From: Macrostomum hystrix
Lineage: Eukaryota > Animalia > Platyhelminthes
Length of the DNA stretch: 64,000 nucleotides
Direction: 5' to 3'
NCBI GenBank assembly: GCA_950097015.1
Contig: CATNEN010000038.1
Span: 16,368,001 to 16,432,000 of the forward strand
Numbering within the stretch: position 1 is the stretch's first letter; each line of letters begins with the position of its first letter. Both the position numbers and the translations under genes were made by a program. The notes under the pieces are model-generated. The model was not told where the DNA came from. It searched no databases and was given only the letters and a program-made list of their open reading frames with translations. This document shows, piece after piece, positions 25,598 to 63,042 of the stretch.

Positions 25598-26225
25598 AAT
25601 GACCCACTGTTTTCCATATTGACCCACTATTTCACCCACAATGACCCACTGTTTCCACTCAATCACCCACTGTTTCCACTCAATGACCCACTGTTTCCAC
25701 TCAATGACCCACTGTTTCCACTCAATGACCCACTGTTTCCACTCAATGACCCACTGTTTCCACTCAATCACCCACTGTTTCCACTCAATCACCCACTGTT
25801 TACACTCAATCACCCACTGTTTCCACTCAATGACCCACTGTTTCCACTCAATGACCCACTGTTTCCACTCAATGACCCACTGTTTCCACTCAATGACCCA
25901 CTGTTTCCACTCAATGACCCACTGTTTCCACTCAATGACCCACTGTTTCCACTCAATCACCCACTGTTTCCACTCAATCACCCACTGTTTCCCCACAATG
26001 ACGCAGTGTTTACCACGCTATGACCCACTGTTTCCACTCAATGACCCACTGTTTCCACTCAATGACCCACTGTTTCCACTCAATGACCCACTGTTTCCAC
26101 TCAATGACCCACTGTTTCCACTCAATGACCCACTGTTTCCACTCAATGACCCACTGTTTCCACTCAATCACCCACTGTTTCCCCACAATGACGGAGTGTT
26201 TACCACGCTATGACCCACTGTTTTC
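25598..26225. repeat. 21-bp minisatellite (AATGACCCACTGTTTCCACTC)n
   Basis: Direct tandem repeat with a duplicated terminal variant block. Confidence 0.95.
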
Positions 26226-27191
26226 CCAAACTATGTCCCAATATTTCTTATTAATGACCGACCATTCTATCAATATGACCCACTTTGACCCATATGCTTT
26301 CTATTTTAAAATACAATTTATATAATTTTTCTATGCATTAGAAAATTTTGGGATTTTTTTATGTGGGACTTCGAAATGATTTTGAAATATTTAGGATAAA
26401 AAAGAACAGTTTCATGAACACCGATTTCAGCTTTCAGAAATTAAAAAATCATTTAATTCGGAATCAGAAACAAACTTGGTTTCAACCAATTGTGGCTACC
26501 AAAATATAATCAATATATAAGCACAAAAAACTCATACGTCCACGTCGTGCCCCTGGACCCAGCGGTCATGCCACGACACCGGCCACCGCTGGGAGTAACC
26601 AAGAGTCTCCCCTTCCAGCCAGGACACGCAGATCAACCTCCGACCCAATATTATCTCCCACGCCCACGAGTTTCCTACTAGGTTGGCACGGCACGGTACA
26701 ACTAGAGGAAGTTGAAAAAGCGAAAAAATAGAATTAAGGGTAAAGGTGCGCATTTTGAAATCAGTTTAACACGCGTAGCGAGCCAGAAGGTGCCTTTAAG
26801 TTTTCTTAGACAAAGGGGGCACCCAAATATGGACAAATGCGCAAATATTAATAAGACACGCTACGCAAGCCTACGCATCGACTGTTACCTAATTCCATAA
26901 TTGGTTTTCTATTTCAAGTTTTTTTTCAAGAAAAAAGAAATCTGTTTTTTATTATAATCTTGGTCAGCTTTTAAATGAGCGCCCACACGCGCGAAATCAG
27001 GAAAAAATAGATAAAAAAGACACTTGTAGAATTCTGATTAGATATAATAAATTCTTCTTAATACAAAAATGAAGAAAAAACTAGTTTCAACTTTACTGTT
27101 CGTGTTTAAATGACACTTTTGTTAATTTGCGACTAAATTAGCCATAAGTAAACTATTGTGAATCACTATGAACAAGTATATTTTATGATGC

Positions 27192-27785
27192 TTGACCCTA
27201 TTTGACCCACTTTGACCCAATAAGGACACACTTCAACTCACTTTGAGTTAGACTTTCATTTATCTACTTTGACACACCCTTACCCAATTTGACACGTTTT
27301 GACCAACTTTTACGCACCTTGACACTTTAATTCGCTTTAACCCACTTTGACCCACCTTGACACACTTTGGCACACTTTGACCCACTCTGACCCACTTTGA
27401 CCCACCTTGACACACTTTGACACGTTTTGACCAACTTTTACGCACCTTGACACTTTAATTCGCTTTAACCCACTTTGAACCACCTTGACACACTTTGGCA
27501 CACTTTGACCCACTTCGACCCACTTTGACCCACCTTGACCCACTTTGACACGTTTTGACCAACTTTTACGCACCTTGACACTTTAATTCGCTTTAACCCA
27601 CTTTGACCCATCTTGACACACTTTGGCACACTTTGACCCACTCTGACCCACTTTGACCCACCTTGACCCACTTTGGCACACTTTGACCCACTGTGACCCA
27701 CCGTGACCGACTTTGACACACTTTGGCACGCTCTGACCCAATGTGACCCTTTTTGATTTACTTTCAGCCACTTTGATTCACTTTA
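27192..27785. repeat. 10-bp-based satellite (TTTGACCCAC)n with 128-bp higher-order units
   Basis: The block GACACGTTTTGACCAACTTTTACGCACC recurs at about 27291, 27419 and 27547. Confidence 0.9.
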
Positions 27786-28607
27786 AAATCACATTGCTAC
27801 GCGTTAAAACTAAAGAGATTTTAAACTGTCGCAAAATATTTCCCGGAAGAACTTCACTGTCTTAAAGTAGACGATTAGTCATAGTGAACTCAACTGAACT
27901 CAACTGAACTGTTACAAATTACGGCGGTGCATTGTCGATGAGGGCGAAAATTCCACCCGCCCTAAAACGCAGTTTTCCTTACCCTGAAATTTCCTCACTG
28001 ACTCTAATAAATCCTTCAACACTAACGCCGTCTCCGCCACCACCGGTCGCCGCAGCCGCCGCCTCCTCCTTTGATCTTTTCTCTCTGTCTCTCAAGAAGG
28101 TCCGGCGACTAAAAAAAAAAGCTGAACGCACTTTCACAATTCCTAGCCTTGCTCTCTTTCCTCTTTTTTGGCGGCTACCGATGACGCGATGACTCGTTCC
28201 CCCACTCGCCACCCACTGCATGGCCAACCAAAGGAAGGCTTGACAACAGCAAGAACTTGTTGAACCAAGCCTGGCCCCCCGCCGCGACAATGTGTGTAGG
28301 TGGCTTTTAAGGGGACAAACTTTGTGTCTGTGGGCTTTTTTTCAAATCCTTTTTGTCGGCAACTATATCTAACCGACAGCGGGTTAGTCACAAAAGGGTT
28401 TTGTTTTACTGACTGCCTGGCGATGGCAAGTGCTGATAAATTATGGAATTTTAATTTAATTGTTTAGTTTCTTCTGACAATTTAACAGTCTGTCTTTTAA
28501 TGGACACATAATATGTAATTAAATATATATATGGATTACAATTTGGAAGATTAAATAAAATTTAATACTCGTATAAACTCAAATATGAAAAGTTTACCAT
28601 AAATTAA

Positions 28608-29230
28608 ATCATGGAATAGATCATGGAATAGATCATGGAATAGATCATGGATTAGATCATGGAATAGATCATGGATTAGATCATGGATTAGATCATGGAA
28701 TAGATCATGGATTAGATCACGGAATAGATCACAGAATAGATCACAGAATAGATCACAGAATAGATCATGGATTATATCATGGATTAGATCATGGAATAGA
28801 TCATGGATTAGATCACGGAATAGATCATGGAATAGATCATGGATTAGATCAAGGAATAGATCATGGAATAGATCATGGATTAGATCACGGAATAGATCAT
28901 GGAATAGATCATGGATTAGATCAAGGAATAGATCATGGAATAGATCATGGAATAGATCATGGATTAGATCATGGAATAGATCAAGGAATAAATCATGGAA
29001 TAGATCATGGATTAGATCAAGGAATAGATCACAGAATAGATCATGGATTAGATCATGGAATAAAAAATGGAATAGATGACTGAATAGGTCATGGAATATA
29101 GCATGGAATATATCATGGAATATATCATGGAATATATCATGGAATATATCATAGAATAGATAATGGAATAGATCATGGAATAGATCACTGAATAGATCAT
29201 GGATTAGATCATGGATTAGATCACAGAATA
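28608..29230. repeat. 12-bp minisatellite (ATCATGGAATAG)n
   Basis: Direct tandem repeat. Confidence 0.95.
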
Positions 29231-29889
29231 GATAATCTAATAAATGATTTAATAAATGATGGAATATTTCACGAAATAGAAGGTTAGAAATCAGATGAGA
29301 AAGACAATGTAATAGATGATGGAATATTATGGAATAGAATATGATGGATGGATTAAATAATGGAATCGATAATGAAAAATGATGTAAAAATGTAAAGAAA
29401 ATTGGCTATTGAATTTAAGAGGCGGCTATAGCCTCTATAACTCAAGAGAGAACTTGAGTAATGTGCGTCAGCGAATTTGTTAAAAATAGCGGTTACAAAT
29501 ATGATTTAATTAACAACGTGCAATAATTTGGAGGTTTGTTCAATATTTTTTACCACTTTCTCTAACGGTGTACTAAGTGTACTAAGTGTAATAAGTTTTT
29601 CTCATCTAAAATTTATTACGTACACCTTTGTGACGCATTGGCTGTTTCTAACGTATGTTCTCGTCTCCAGCCGTTGCGCGGCTAGATACAACCTTAGTTT
29701 ATTGAAACTATTAATTGGCAACTTTAACTTGTTACCGCGCGTAGATCTATTTTTGTATTTCTAAGCGATGTATCATGTTCTTAGCGATACCCGGAAACAA
29801 AAATGACTTAACTAGAGTATTTTCTTTTTTTAAAGAAATCTTCTATTCGCGATTCACGAGCTAGAATACTATGTTTTCAGAGGCTATCA

Positions 29890-30790
29890 AAGTGGATTTC
29901 AAGGGATTTCAGGGTGGAGTTCATCGGATTTGAGAGTGGATTTCTAGGGATTTAAGAAAGGATTCCATGGGATTTCAGAGTGTATTTTAATGGATTTCAG
30001 AGTGGATTTCATGGGATTTGAGAGAGGATTTCTAGGGATTTAAGAAAGGATTCCATGGGATTTCAGAGTGGATTTTATGGGATTTTAGAGTGGATTTTAT
30101 GGGATTTTAAAGTGGATTTTATGAGATTTTAGAGTGGATTTCATGGGATTTTAAAGTGGATTTTATGGGATTTTAGAGTGGATTTCATGGGATTTTAAAG
30201 TGGATTTTATGGGATTTTAGAGTGGATTTTATGGGATTTTAAAGTGGATTTTATGGGATTTTAGAGTGGATTTCATGGGATTTTAAAGTGGATTTTATGG
30301 GATTTTAGAGTGGATTTCATGGGATTTTAAAGTGGATTTCATGGGATTTCAGAGAAGATTTCATGGGATTTGAAAAAGGATTTCATGGGGATTTCAGAGT
30401 GGATTTCGGATTTTATGGGATTTTAGAGTGGATTTCATGGGATTTAAGAGAGGATTTCTTGGGATTAAGGAAAGGATTTGATGGGGATTTTAAAGTGGAT
30501 TTCATGGGATTTGAAAAAGGATTTCATGGGGATTTCAGAGTGGATTTCGGATTTTATGGGATTTTAGAGTGGATTTCATGGGATTTTAAAGTGGATTTCA
30601 TGGGATTTGAAAAAGGATTTCATGGGGATTTCAGAGTGGATTTTATGGGATTTGAGAGTGGATTTTATGGGATTTCAGAGTGGATTTTATGGGATTTCAG
30701 AGTGGATTTTATGGGATTTTAGAGTGGATTTCATGGGATTTGAAAGTGGAGTTTATGGGATTTAAGAGGAATTTCAGCTGTTTTCAGTGG
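29890..30790. repeat. 22-bp minisatellite (GAGTGGATTTTATGGGATTTTA)n
   Basis: Tandem repeat built from 11-bp GGATTT-containing subunits. Confidence 0.92.
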
Positions 30791-31459
30791 AGATTTTTAA
30801 GGGATTTCAGTAAACAAAATTTTTTTTCGTAATGTTTTTGTTTATTTTGCTAGAGCTTAAGGCAAGTAAAAGTTTATAAATGCTTTCGAATCCAATGTAA
30901 GTGTCAATCAATCAAACTTAAATCAGTTTAATTCAAATGAAAAATGTATAGTTTTTATTATAAATGTAACTTTGCATGAGTATACCGCATAGAAAAAGAG
31001 CAGACTATCTGTGTGGGTGGATAATTGCAGACTTTTTTCCTCTCCAATTTTCTCTCTGTGAAGTGGTTCTCGCATTGGTTATCTGCCGTTTAGTTTCAAG
31101 CATTGGCAGAATAAAAGAACAAAATTTTCCTGTCCGGCTAAAATAGACGCCAGCCTAAAACAATTAATTTGATTCAATGAGCGCCCGGTCGGCTAATTAA
31201 TGTGGGCTTTAATTGTTAAACTGGTTGGCCCACGCTTATTTTAAATTTCAAATGGCGAGGGAGGTCCTTCCCAACGCCTGCGCAATTTCCGCCCTCGGCT
31301 GGCTGGAGAGAGCGAGCGAGAATTAGAAAATGGCTGACGCTGAAGCTATTTTTAGCAACACACAGCGGAGGGAAATCCCCTAACACCATCTACGCCCACA
31401 CCTAAATTGGTGGAGAGTCCCGCTATTTCCATTGAGGGGGAGGCCACTTGGTCGCGGCC

Positions 31460-31525
31460 AGCCAATCCGAGCGGGCGGCGATGACGCGACCTTTTATTTT
31501 GTCCCTCATCCGCTCCCTATAAATA
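31460..31525 (+). promoter_or_regulatory. Core promoter of the CYP gene (CCAAT, CRE-like half site, TATA)
   Basis: GCCAATC at about 31461, ATGACGC at 31481 and TATAAATA at 31518-31525, about 120 bp upstream of ATG 31646. Confidence 0.6.
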
Positions 31526-31645
31526 AGAGGGCGGAACGCGACAACGCAAAAAACGGTAGCAATAGCAAACAAAACTCAAGCTAACTATTTATAAAGCTAA
31601 GGAAAGCCATTCGAGAAGCATCATTCGAGGAAATCTCGGCTAAAA

Positions 31646-33471
31646 ATGATCAACTTAATTGACCTACTGGAGACCCAGCAGATTACAACTGAGTCTGTAG
31701 CCCCGGCGGCCTACAGAATTCTCGGCGGTCCATTCGCCGGCGTTCTCGCCGCCGCCGCTGGCACCCTGCTGATCTGCTACCTGTTTGGCGAGCGGCAGAG
31801 GTAAATAACAGAAATTGTCTATTTTATCATTCGTTTGTTTAGCAATGAAAAAGAACAGATCGAAAATAATATGATAATTTCGATTTCGACTTTCAGATCC
31901 GATTCCGAGCCGCCTCTGGTTCCCGGCCATAGACTATTCGGCAATGGGCCGCAGTTTCAAGCGAATGCCGTGCAGTTCCTGCTGGATGCCAGGCGCAAGT
32001 TTGGCAGCCTCTTCACCATCAGATTTCCCGGACACCACATTCACATGCTGATGAACCCGCACAGCATCGGCGACTTCAGCAGAGCCAGAAGTCTGGACTT
32101 TGGGCCAATTCACAAGCAGGTAACCACCAATGTCTTCAGCTTCGAGATGCCTGACGCTCACAGGATGTTGCGCGACGCTTCCAAAGCGGCTAGGGCCGCC
32201 CTGAAAGACGACGTCTTCCGCTACCAGATCTTCGTTGACGAAGGCTTCGATGCCAAATTGGCCAACCTGGCGCCTGGCCAGTGGCGCAGCGAGATGCTGG
32301 ACGACTTCCTGGGTGACACCCAGTTCCGCGCCATCTTTAATTCCATCTTCGGCCGCTCCGACGAGCACCAGTTCAATCATCGCAGCGCACGCGGCTTATT
32401 CGCCGACATCCACGCCTCATTCAACTACGTCTGGCTCGGCTTCCCCGTGTGGATGTTCCCGAAGACTCGGAGGGCCTGGCAGACTGTACACAGTGCTCAC
32501 CCGGCGCCACAGGAGCTGCTGGATCGCGACGACTGCAGCGTCTACATCAAGAGCGTCATGAGCACCATGATTGAGAGGGAGCAGCCGATAGCCAGCATGG
32601 TCGGACACAATATGGTCTACCTGCACGTGAACTACAACACCAAGAAGGCCACCTATTGGGCTATTAACAATCTGCTGAAGGACCGCGAAGCCTACTCGGC
32701 CCTCCAAACCGAAGTTGACGCCGCTATCGGTGACAAGATTGGCGAAGCCAGCGACCTAGCCGAGTTTACTAGCGAAGAAATCGACCGCCTGCCGCTGCTT
32801 GGTAAGCCTAATTGAAGTCCACAATAGGCTAAACTGTCAGAAAAGATTTTGAAGAATAGCGCAGAGTTAACTATAAAAAAACAAAATTATTTCAAATCAT
32901 TGCAGACAGCTTCATCAAGGAGACCTTTCGTTTAGCCTCCGGCGTTTTCATGATCCGCGCCGTCACCGAGGACACTGTCCTTGAAGTCGACGGCAGGAGC
33001 TATCTATTGCGCAAGGGTGACAAGGCGGCCGTTTATCCACCGGCCCTGCACCGCGACCCGGCGATGTACGACAACCCCAATGTAAGCACCAACAATGTCT
33101 ATGAAATTGTATTTTTATTTTTGCAGCACCGATCTAAACTGGCAGATCTAATTAAACATTCTCTCGCTTCCATTTGACAGGAATTTCGACACGATCGTTT
33201 CATTGACAGCGAAATCAGCTACGAGGGAAAGCGTGTTGCCAAGCCTATCCTGCCCTATGGCGTCCTCTGCCCCGGACAGCGACTGTCGCTGATCCAATTC
33301 AAATGGTTCATGTTCGCCATGCTGGCCAGATTCCAGTTCAAATCTGACGAATCCGGCTCCACGGCCGAGTACGACTTTAATAGCTACGGGCACGAGATTC
33401 TGCCACCAGTCAAAGACATCCCATTCAGCTACGCGGCCAGGGATCTTCCAGTACACCTGCAGCTCTGCTAA
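31646..33471 (+). CDS. Cytochrome P450, clan 7 (CYP7/CYP8/CYP39-like sterol hydroxylase family), 508 aa, 4 exons
   Basis: Exons 31646-31800, 31897-32801, 32906-33081 and 33181-33471; GT-AG with consistent phases. N-terminal anchor then RRSDSEPPLVPG (cf. CYP7A1 RRQTGEPPL), K-helix DSFIKETFRL (ExxR), YPPALHRDP, FRHDRF and heme cysteine in PYGVLCPG. AATAAA at 33805. Confidence 0.92.
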
Positions 33472-35119
33472 ATGCCTGCGCTAGCTTATTGAACAATTAG
33501 TCAGCGAAACGGTCTATAGTGCGATTTTCAGTCAGTCTTTGTTTACAAAAGACCAAGACCTCAATCGACTTTTTTTCGAATTCTTAAGCATTTAAAGTGC
33601 GCACAAACCTCAACCCAATGGTCCATTTGGCATTGGGAATTGTTTTTGCTTCTTGCCCGCATTGCACTTTTATAGTCATCTCAGCGCTTCCTGAAAAACT
33701 CGCTAATTGCCTATAATCGATTAACCTGTCAAATGGCGTCGCAAGTTGTAGATTTAGTCGCTTGTAAATTGGCTTCATTATCAGCGCCTGTGAATATTGA
33801 ATCGAATAAATTCATAGTATACAATAATAATAAACTCGTATTTATTAGTGAAATTCTTTTTTTTGCCTTGCCGTGTTATTGATGCGTCAACCGACCAAAT
33901 CGAGGTAAACAGTGGCGTATAAAACTACCTTCTGATCTTGTCTACTTGGTTTTTTTTCACGGAGATTGCGCAAGTACAAATGCCAAGTTTCCGAATAACA
34001 ATGTGGAAAAACAATTTTCGGAAGATCGGCCCGAAAACAACCTTTCAATGTTAGCCCACTAGGCTGGTAAATATTATGGCACTTCTGGCCAACGATTCAT
34101 CCAGGATGAAGCCAAGTTGCAAAGGTGCAAATCTAAAGATAGTTGGAAGAATTGATGTACTATTCACTGGATCTAAAATTAGCATCCATCGTCATATGGG
34201 GTTATCCCGCTATTTATGAATTAGCGAATCTTATTCATATTAGATCAACTAGGGACGAAGTCATCTTTTCCTCATGTGCTTTATTTTAACAAGAAAAATA
34301 ACGGCACTCGACACATCACGTGGTTTCTGACCGATTTTAAACAACCAATGCGGCTTCTTAGAAAACGCGTCAGCGACAACCACGTGACCCTTGCCTGTGC
34401 GGTCACACCCTCCAACTGTACCTGAGAAAATATTTGCACTTTTAGTTTGTTTTATTATTTAATTTAAATATGCATAGAAAAATCGACCCTCAGATCCTCC
34501 TTAAAAGCACGGGATATCGACAAATTTATGTTTTAAACAAAAAGCCATCGGATAATTTGTTTGTGTGGGTGGCATCCTGGGCTGAAAATTTGAGTAATTT
34601 AGTACGAAGACACGATGAAGAGATGAGCAGACACATTAATCACACCACCAGCTCTGCAATTCAACTGACTGGTTTTCACATTGAAATCATTTTGTTCCGA
34701 TCAGGCCAATTGCCGCCCACATGTTCACCACGATGCTGCACTTTTATATTATAATCCCTTAGAGAATTAATCAAATCAATGATCGCAACTGTCACTGTAA
34801 CTTTGCTATATACTTTTTTATATTATACGACTATAAAAATGCGTATTTTCTGCGAGTTATTCTTCCGTATATTATAATTCGTAATAAATGTTTAGAGTAG
34901 CTTCAGTAAAATAGTAAGCTTTTGTGTTTGGAATGAAACTGCGTGGGCGGTGAGTGGGTGTTGACTAATGACTAATTTTAAAGTGCTCCACAAAATAAAT
35001 TGCATCAATTTTAATTATTGCAAGGCCCCACAGTGGATGATATGATATGGCAAATCGGATGAAATTCATCACAAATGTACACTTCCCTTTGTGTCTTATT
35101 TATCCCTCCTGTGTATCGT

Positions 35120-35830
35120 CATCACATCTGTATCTCATCTCTCTGCAACCTGTCTCTCCGTGTCTCCTCTCTCCTAAGTGTCTTATCTCTCCCGTGTCTC
35201 ATCTCTCCCGTGTCTCATCTCTCCGTGTCTCCTCTCTCCTAAGTGTCTCATCTCTCCCGTGTCTCATCTCATGTGATCTCTCATGTGTCTCATCTCTCCC
35301 GTGTCTCATCTCTCATGTGTCTCATCTCTCCCGTGTCTCATCTCTCCCGTGTCTCATCTCTCCCGTGTCTCATCTCTCATGTGTCTCATCTCTCATGTGT
35401 CTCATCTCTCATGTGTCTCATCTCTCCGTGTCTCCTCTCTCCTAAGTGTCTCATCTCTCCCGTGTCTCATCTCATGTGATCTCTCATGTGTCTCATCTCT
35501 CCGGTGTCTCATCTCTCATGTGTCTCATCTCTCATGTGTCTCATCTCTCATGTGTCTCATCTCTCCCCTGTCTCATCTCTCATGTGTCTCATCTCTCCCG
35601 TGTCTCATCTCTCCCGTGTCTCATCTCTCCCGTGTCTCATGTCTCCCGTGTCTCATGTCTCCCGTGTCTCATCTCTCATGTGTCTCATCTTTCCCCTGTC
35701 TCATCTCTCATATGTCCCATCTCTCCCGTGTCTCATCTCTCCCGTGTCTCATCTCTCCCGTGTCTCATCTCTCCCGCGTCTCATCTATCCAGTGCCTCAT
35801 CTATTCCATATCTCATCTTTCCTGCATATT
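35120..35830. repeat. 16-bp minisatellite (GTGTCTCATCTCTCMY)n
   Basis: Direct tandem repeat with an internal block duplication. Confidence 0.94.
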
Positions 35831-36313
35831 CTCATCTCTATCAAATGTCTCTTCCGTGTCATAAAAAGCCACCAGAAGTACATGTAGGTCTGACTGGAAC
35901 TCTAGTTTTACTTTGTTAAGTCCAGAAAAGGCCGTATAGTTTTTGTATTGCTCACCTATACTCTTGTATGACGACCAGAACTATAAATTGTTCGCGAAGT
36001 AATTAACATGCCTCCCACCTTGGTTGGCGATGCGTTGGAATTGATAAACTTCAATAAAAAGGTTTTCTTTTGCCGCTAATTCAGCTTGCTTTGGCCCCGG
36101 TATCGCAGTAACTGCAGCTGTGCGTAGGCGGCAAATCTCTTTCTTTTCACACACTTCTGTCCTTCTTCTTTGCATTTCTATTTAGATATATTCGTCGGGG
36201 TAAGCGCGAGTGTGGGTGAGTCAGCTAAGAGTTCTCATGAATTGTAATAGATTGTTATGGATAATAGTCTTTTTCAAAAACATTTTACAATAGAATAGGA
36301 TTGTAGGGTAGGA

Positions 36314-36504
36314 CTGTGGCGCAGCCACGAACGCCACTACCAGGGGGGCGCCACTACCAGGGGGGGGCGCCACTACCAGGGGGGCGCCACTACCAGGGGG
36401 GGCGCCACGACCAGGCGGGAGCCACTACCAGGGGGGCTCCACTACCACTACGAGGTGGTGGGGTCCGCGGCCCCCTTGCCCCCCCCCGCCTGGCTACGCC
36501 CCAG
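36314..36504. mobile_element. hAT-like MITE (191 bp) with an internal G-rich repeat
   Basis: Imperfect 14-bp TIRs CTGTGGCGCAGCCA / TGGCTACGCCCCAG; 8-bp flanking duplication GGGTAGGA (36306-36313) / GGATAGGA (36505-36512); internal CGCCACTACCAGGGGGG repeats. Confidence 0.65.
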
Positions 36505-36544
36505 GGATAGGAGAGTAGTATTAGATGTCCCTCTTTTCTGGAAG

Positions 36545-36790
36545 GGAGTTGCATGTAGCCCAGTGGCTAGAGCGTTGCATGGACTCATGACCTAAAGGTC
36601 GGGGGTTCGATTCCCGACTCCACCGGAACAGTTATAGTTTCCATTAGCAAAACACCCAGCTGTTAAATGGGTAGCAGCATCGTAGTAAGGCTGGGTGGTG
36701 TGTCACCAGTCCATGGACCTGCGCAATAGCTGTGCTCGATCGGTTGCACATCTGGCCTGATTGGGGCAGATGTGATAAAAAATTATTGGA
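36545..36790 (+). mobile_element. tRNA-derived SINE, family A, copy 1
   Basis: A box TAGCCCAGTGG and B box GGTTCGATTCC; the 3' region CACCAGTCCATGGAC...GCGCAATAGC...TGCACAT...GCAGATG...ATAAA is shared with 56860-57140. Confidence 0.72.
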
Positions 36791-38908
36791 GATTGCCACA
36801 CTGACCTCATCAACTGCAGGTCTTTTAGTAGAAGGTGAAAAAATATTTTTGTTTCTTTCCAACCATTTTAACTTCTTTTGTGGTATAAACAGGGCAAATT
36901 TCTGGCGCAGATGACAAGAAATATTAATTCCAAGCTTAATTCAGTCACAATGCATCAGTTAAATGAAGCCGCGAAGTCTAAAAAATTGGCCAGCTAATAA
37001 AAAATTAAAAAGTTAAAGCGGTTATTTAGACGAGCTACTCTTCCCTTTTGGGCTTTTTAAAGCACGAAAAAGAATTTCAAGAGCCAGTTTTTTTCTGGCA
37101 TCTAAATTTAGACTCAAATTGATAATAAAATATATTAATGAGTAAACAGAAACTCGTTCTATTTTTATATTCATCTGGTTCTCTGTAGGCAAAAATATGT
37201 TTAGCATCCTAGGCCTGTAATGCGTCATCACCGTGACAAGCATTTGTGCATGAACTAAAACATTCTACAAATATTTTGAAGAGTGGTCAAAGTTTTGAAA
37301 TATGCAGTAAACAAATAAGACAGTGTCACATGAACATATAGTCGACTTAGTTAATCGTTACTATTAGTAATAATTAAAGGAAATGCGAGCTATACTACAC
37401 CGGAGAAATTTAAATTACCACAGTTTTTATTTTAAATTATAACATACCTATAAATTGTCCTAATTGTGCAACTTTGGACTAATAATAAATTTAAACTCTG
37501 CAAGTACAACAGCGCAATGAGATGCCAAATACGATTGCGATAAAAAGGGACTACTTTAGTAGTTAGCTTTACTTATTCTACTTTCGTAGTAGTCCTTGAG
37601 TTGCAGTCTAATGATTAATATGAACAACATGCACCTGAATAAGTGAAGGGTTGGTTTCCAATAAATTTAATAGAATAAAAGTACCCACCATTAGTTCCAT
37701 TTAGCTGCCAATATTTTCAGAAAACAAAATATTTTTCGGCTCCAAAAGTACGAGCGTAAAAAAATTTTTTTTTCAACGAAAAAAAAGAGCACATTTTTAG
37801 TTTAGAAACCGAAATTTCTGGCTACTCTAAATAAAAAAAGAAAAAAAATTATTAAAATTTAAGTTTTTAGAATTATTCTGCCAAAAGTTCAGTCATGCGT
37901 TCCTGTCAATGAATTACGTAATAAACGATTAAGATTTTTACTTTTTCGTGTCGCACGAATACGACTTTTGAAGTTTTCTTAAAAAGCGGAGGGAGCTACG
38001 ATTAAAATCAGCTAAGAAGACGTAAGTGAAAGTTGCACAGCTTATCTGCGACGTGGCTTCTATACTTGTTATTGTTCATAATGTATTTTAAATATTTATT
38101 GGCGAGTGATTGATTTGTGTTAAAAGAAATTATGAAAGCAGTTTATGTCAATTGTTTGCCTCTTGTCTTTTGTAGACGATACAATATTTGGGTAATTTTT
38201 AAAACAAGATATATTATACAATAAAACTTGTGTTTTTTAGAAAATGATTTAATTGTTTTCATAGCCTTTAAAGTGTGTAAATTTGCTAGCTTGTAATCAT
38301 AATTTTTATGTAATATATCGATAAGTTATATCTGAATAGTTAAAATTTATACCTATACCTATATATGTATATCTATCTTCATCAGTTAAAAGCTCAATAA
38401 TATTGATGCTCTTCTTTTCTGTAGACCTTTAAGAAAAAAACACAATAAAAATATTTTAACTAGAGACATTATATTTTGCTTTGCTTTGCTTTATTTGTGT
38501 TCAAATATTGTCAATCATGAAAATTCTTATATAAAAAATAGCTTTGTCACTTGGTAGAATATAATATTAATTTTAAGATATGGTTATAGAATTATTTAAT
38601 TAGATAAATTTTCTCTTCTTTAAATTTTTTATATTAAAACAAAAAATACATTTTGATAATGAATCAAATTAACGATATATTTTATAATTACTATCTTGAT
38701 ATAGATAAATCAAAATTTAGAGTTTTATTATAGATTTTGTATGTTAAATGTAACATACTAACATATACTCGGCTCTATTAAAAAAAACGCTGCTGTTGTT
38801 TACATAAAATTTATTTATTTTCTAATTTCAGCAAGTAATAAGTAGGTTCCACCTTTGACGCTCAACAAGATATAACAACACCTAGCATCTTTAGTTAACA
38901 ATAGCATC

Positions 38909-63005
<24,097 letters not shown>

Positions 63006-63042
63006 ACTCTCTTTGCTCGTATGATGCTATTTTTTTCTTCGT

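Noticed and set aside
36553-36625. Possible tRNA-Met gene
   Set aside because: A and B boxes are present, but the acceptor and anticodon stems do not pair and the sequence continues into a body shared with another copy; it is a SINE head.
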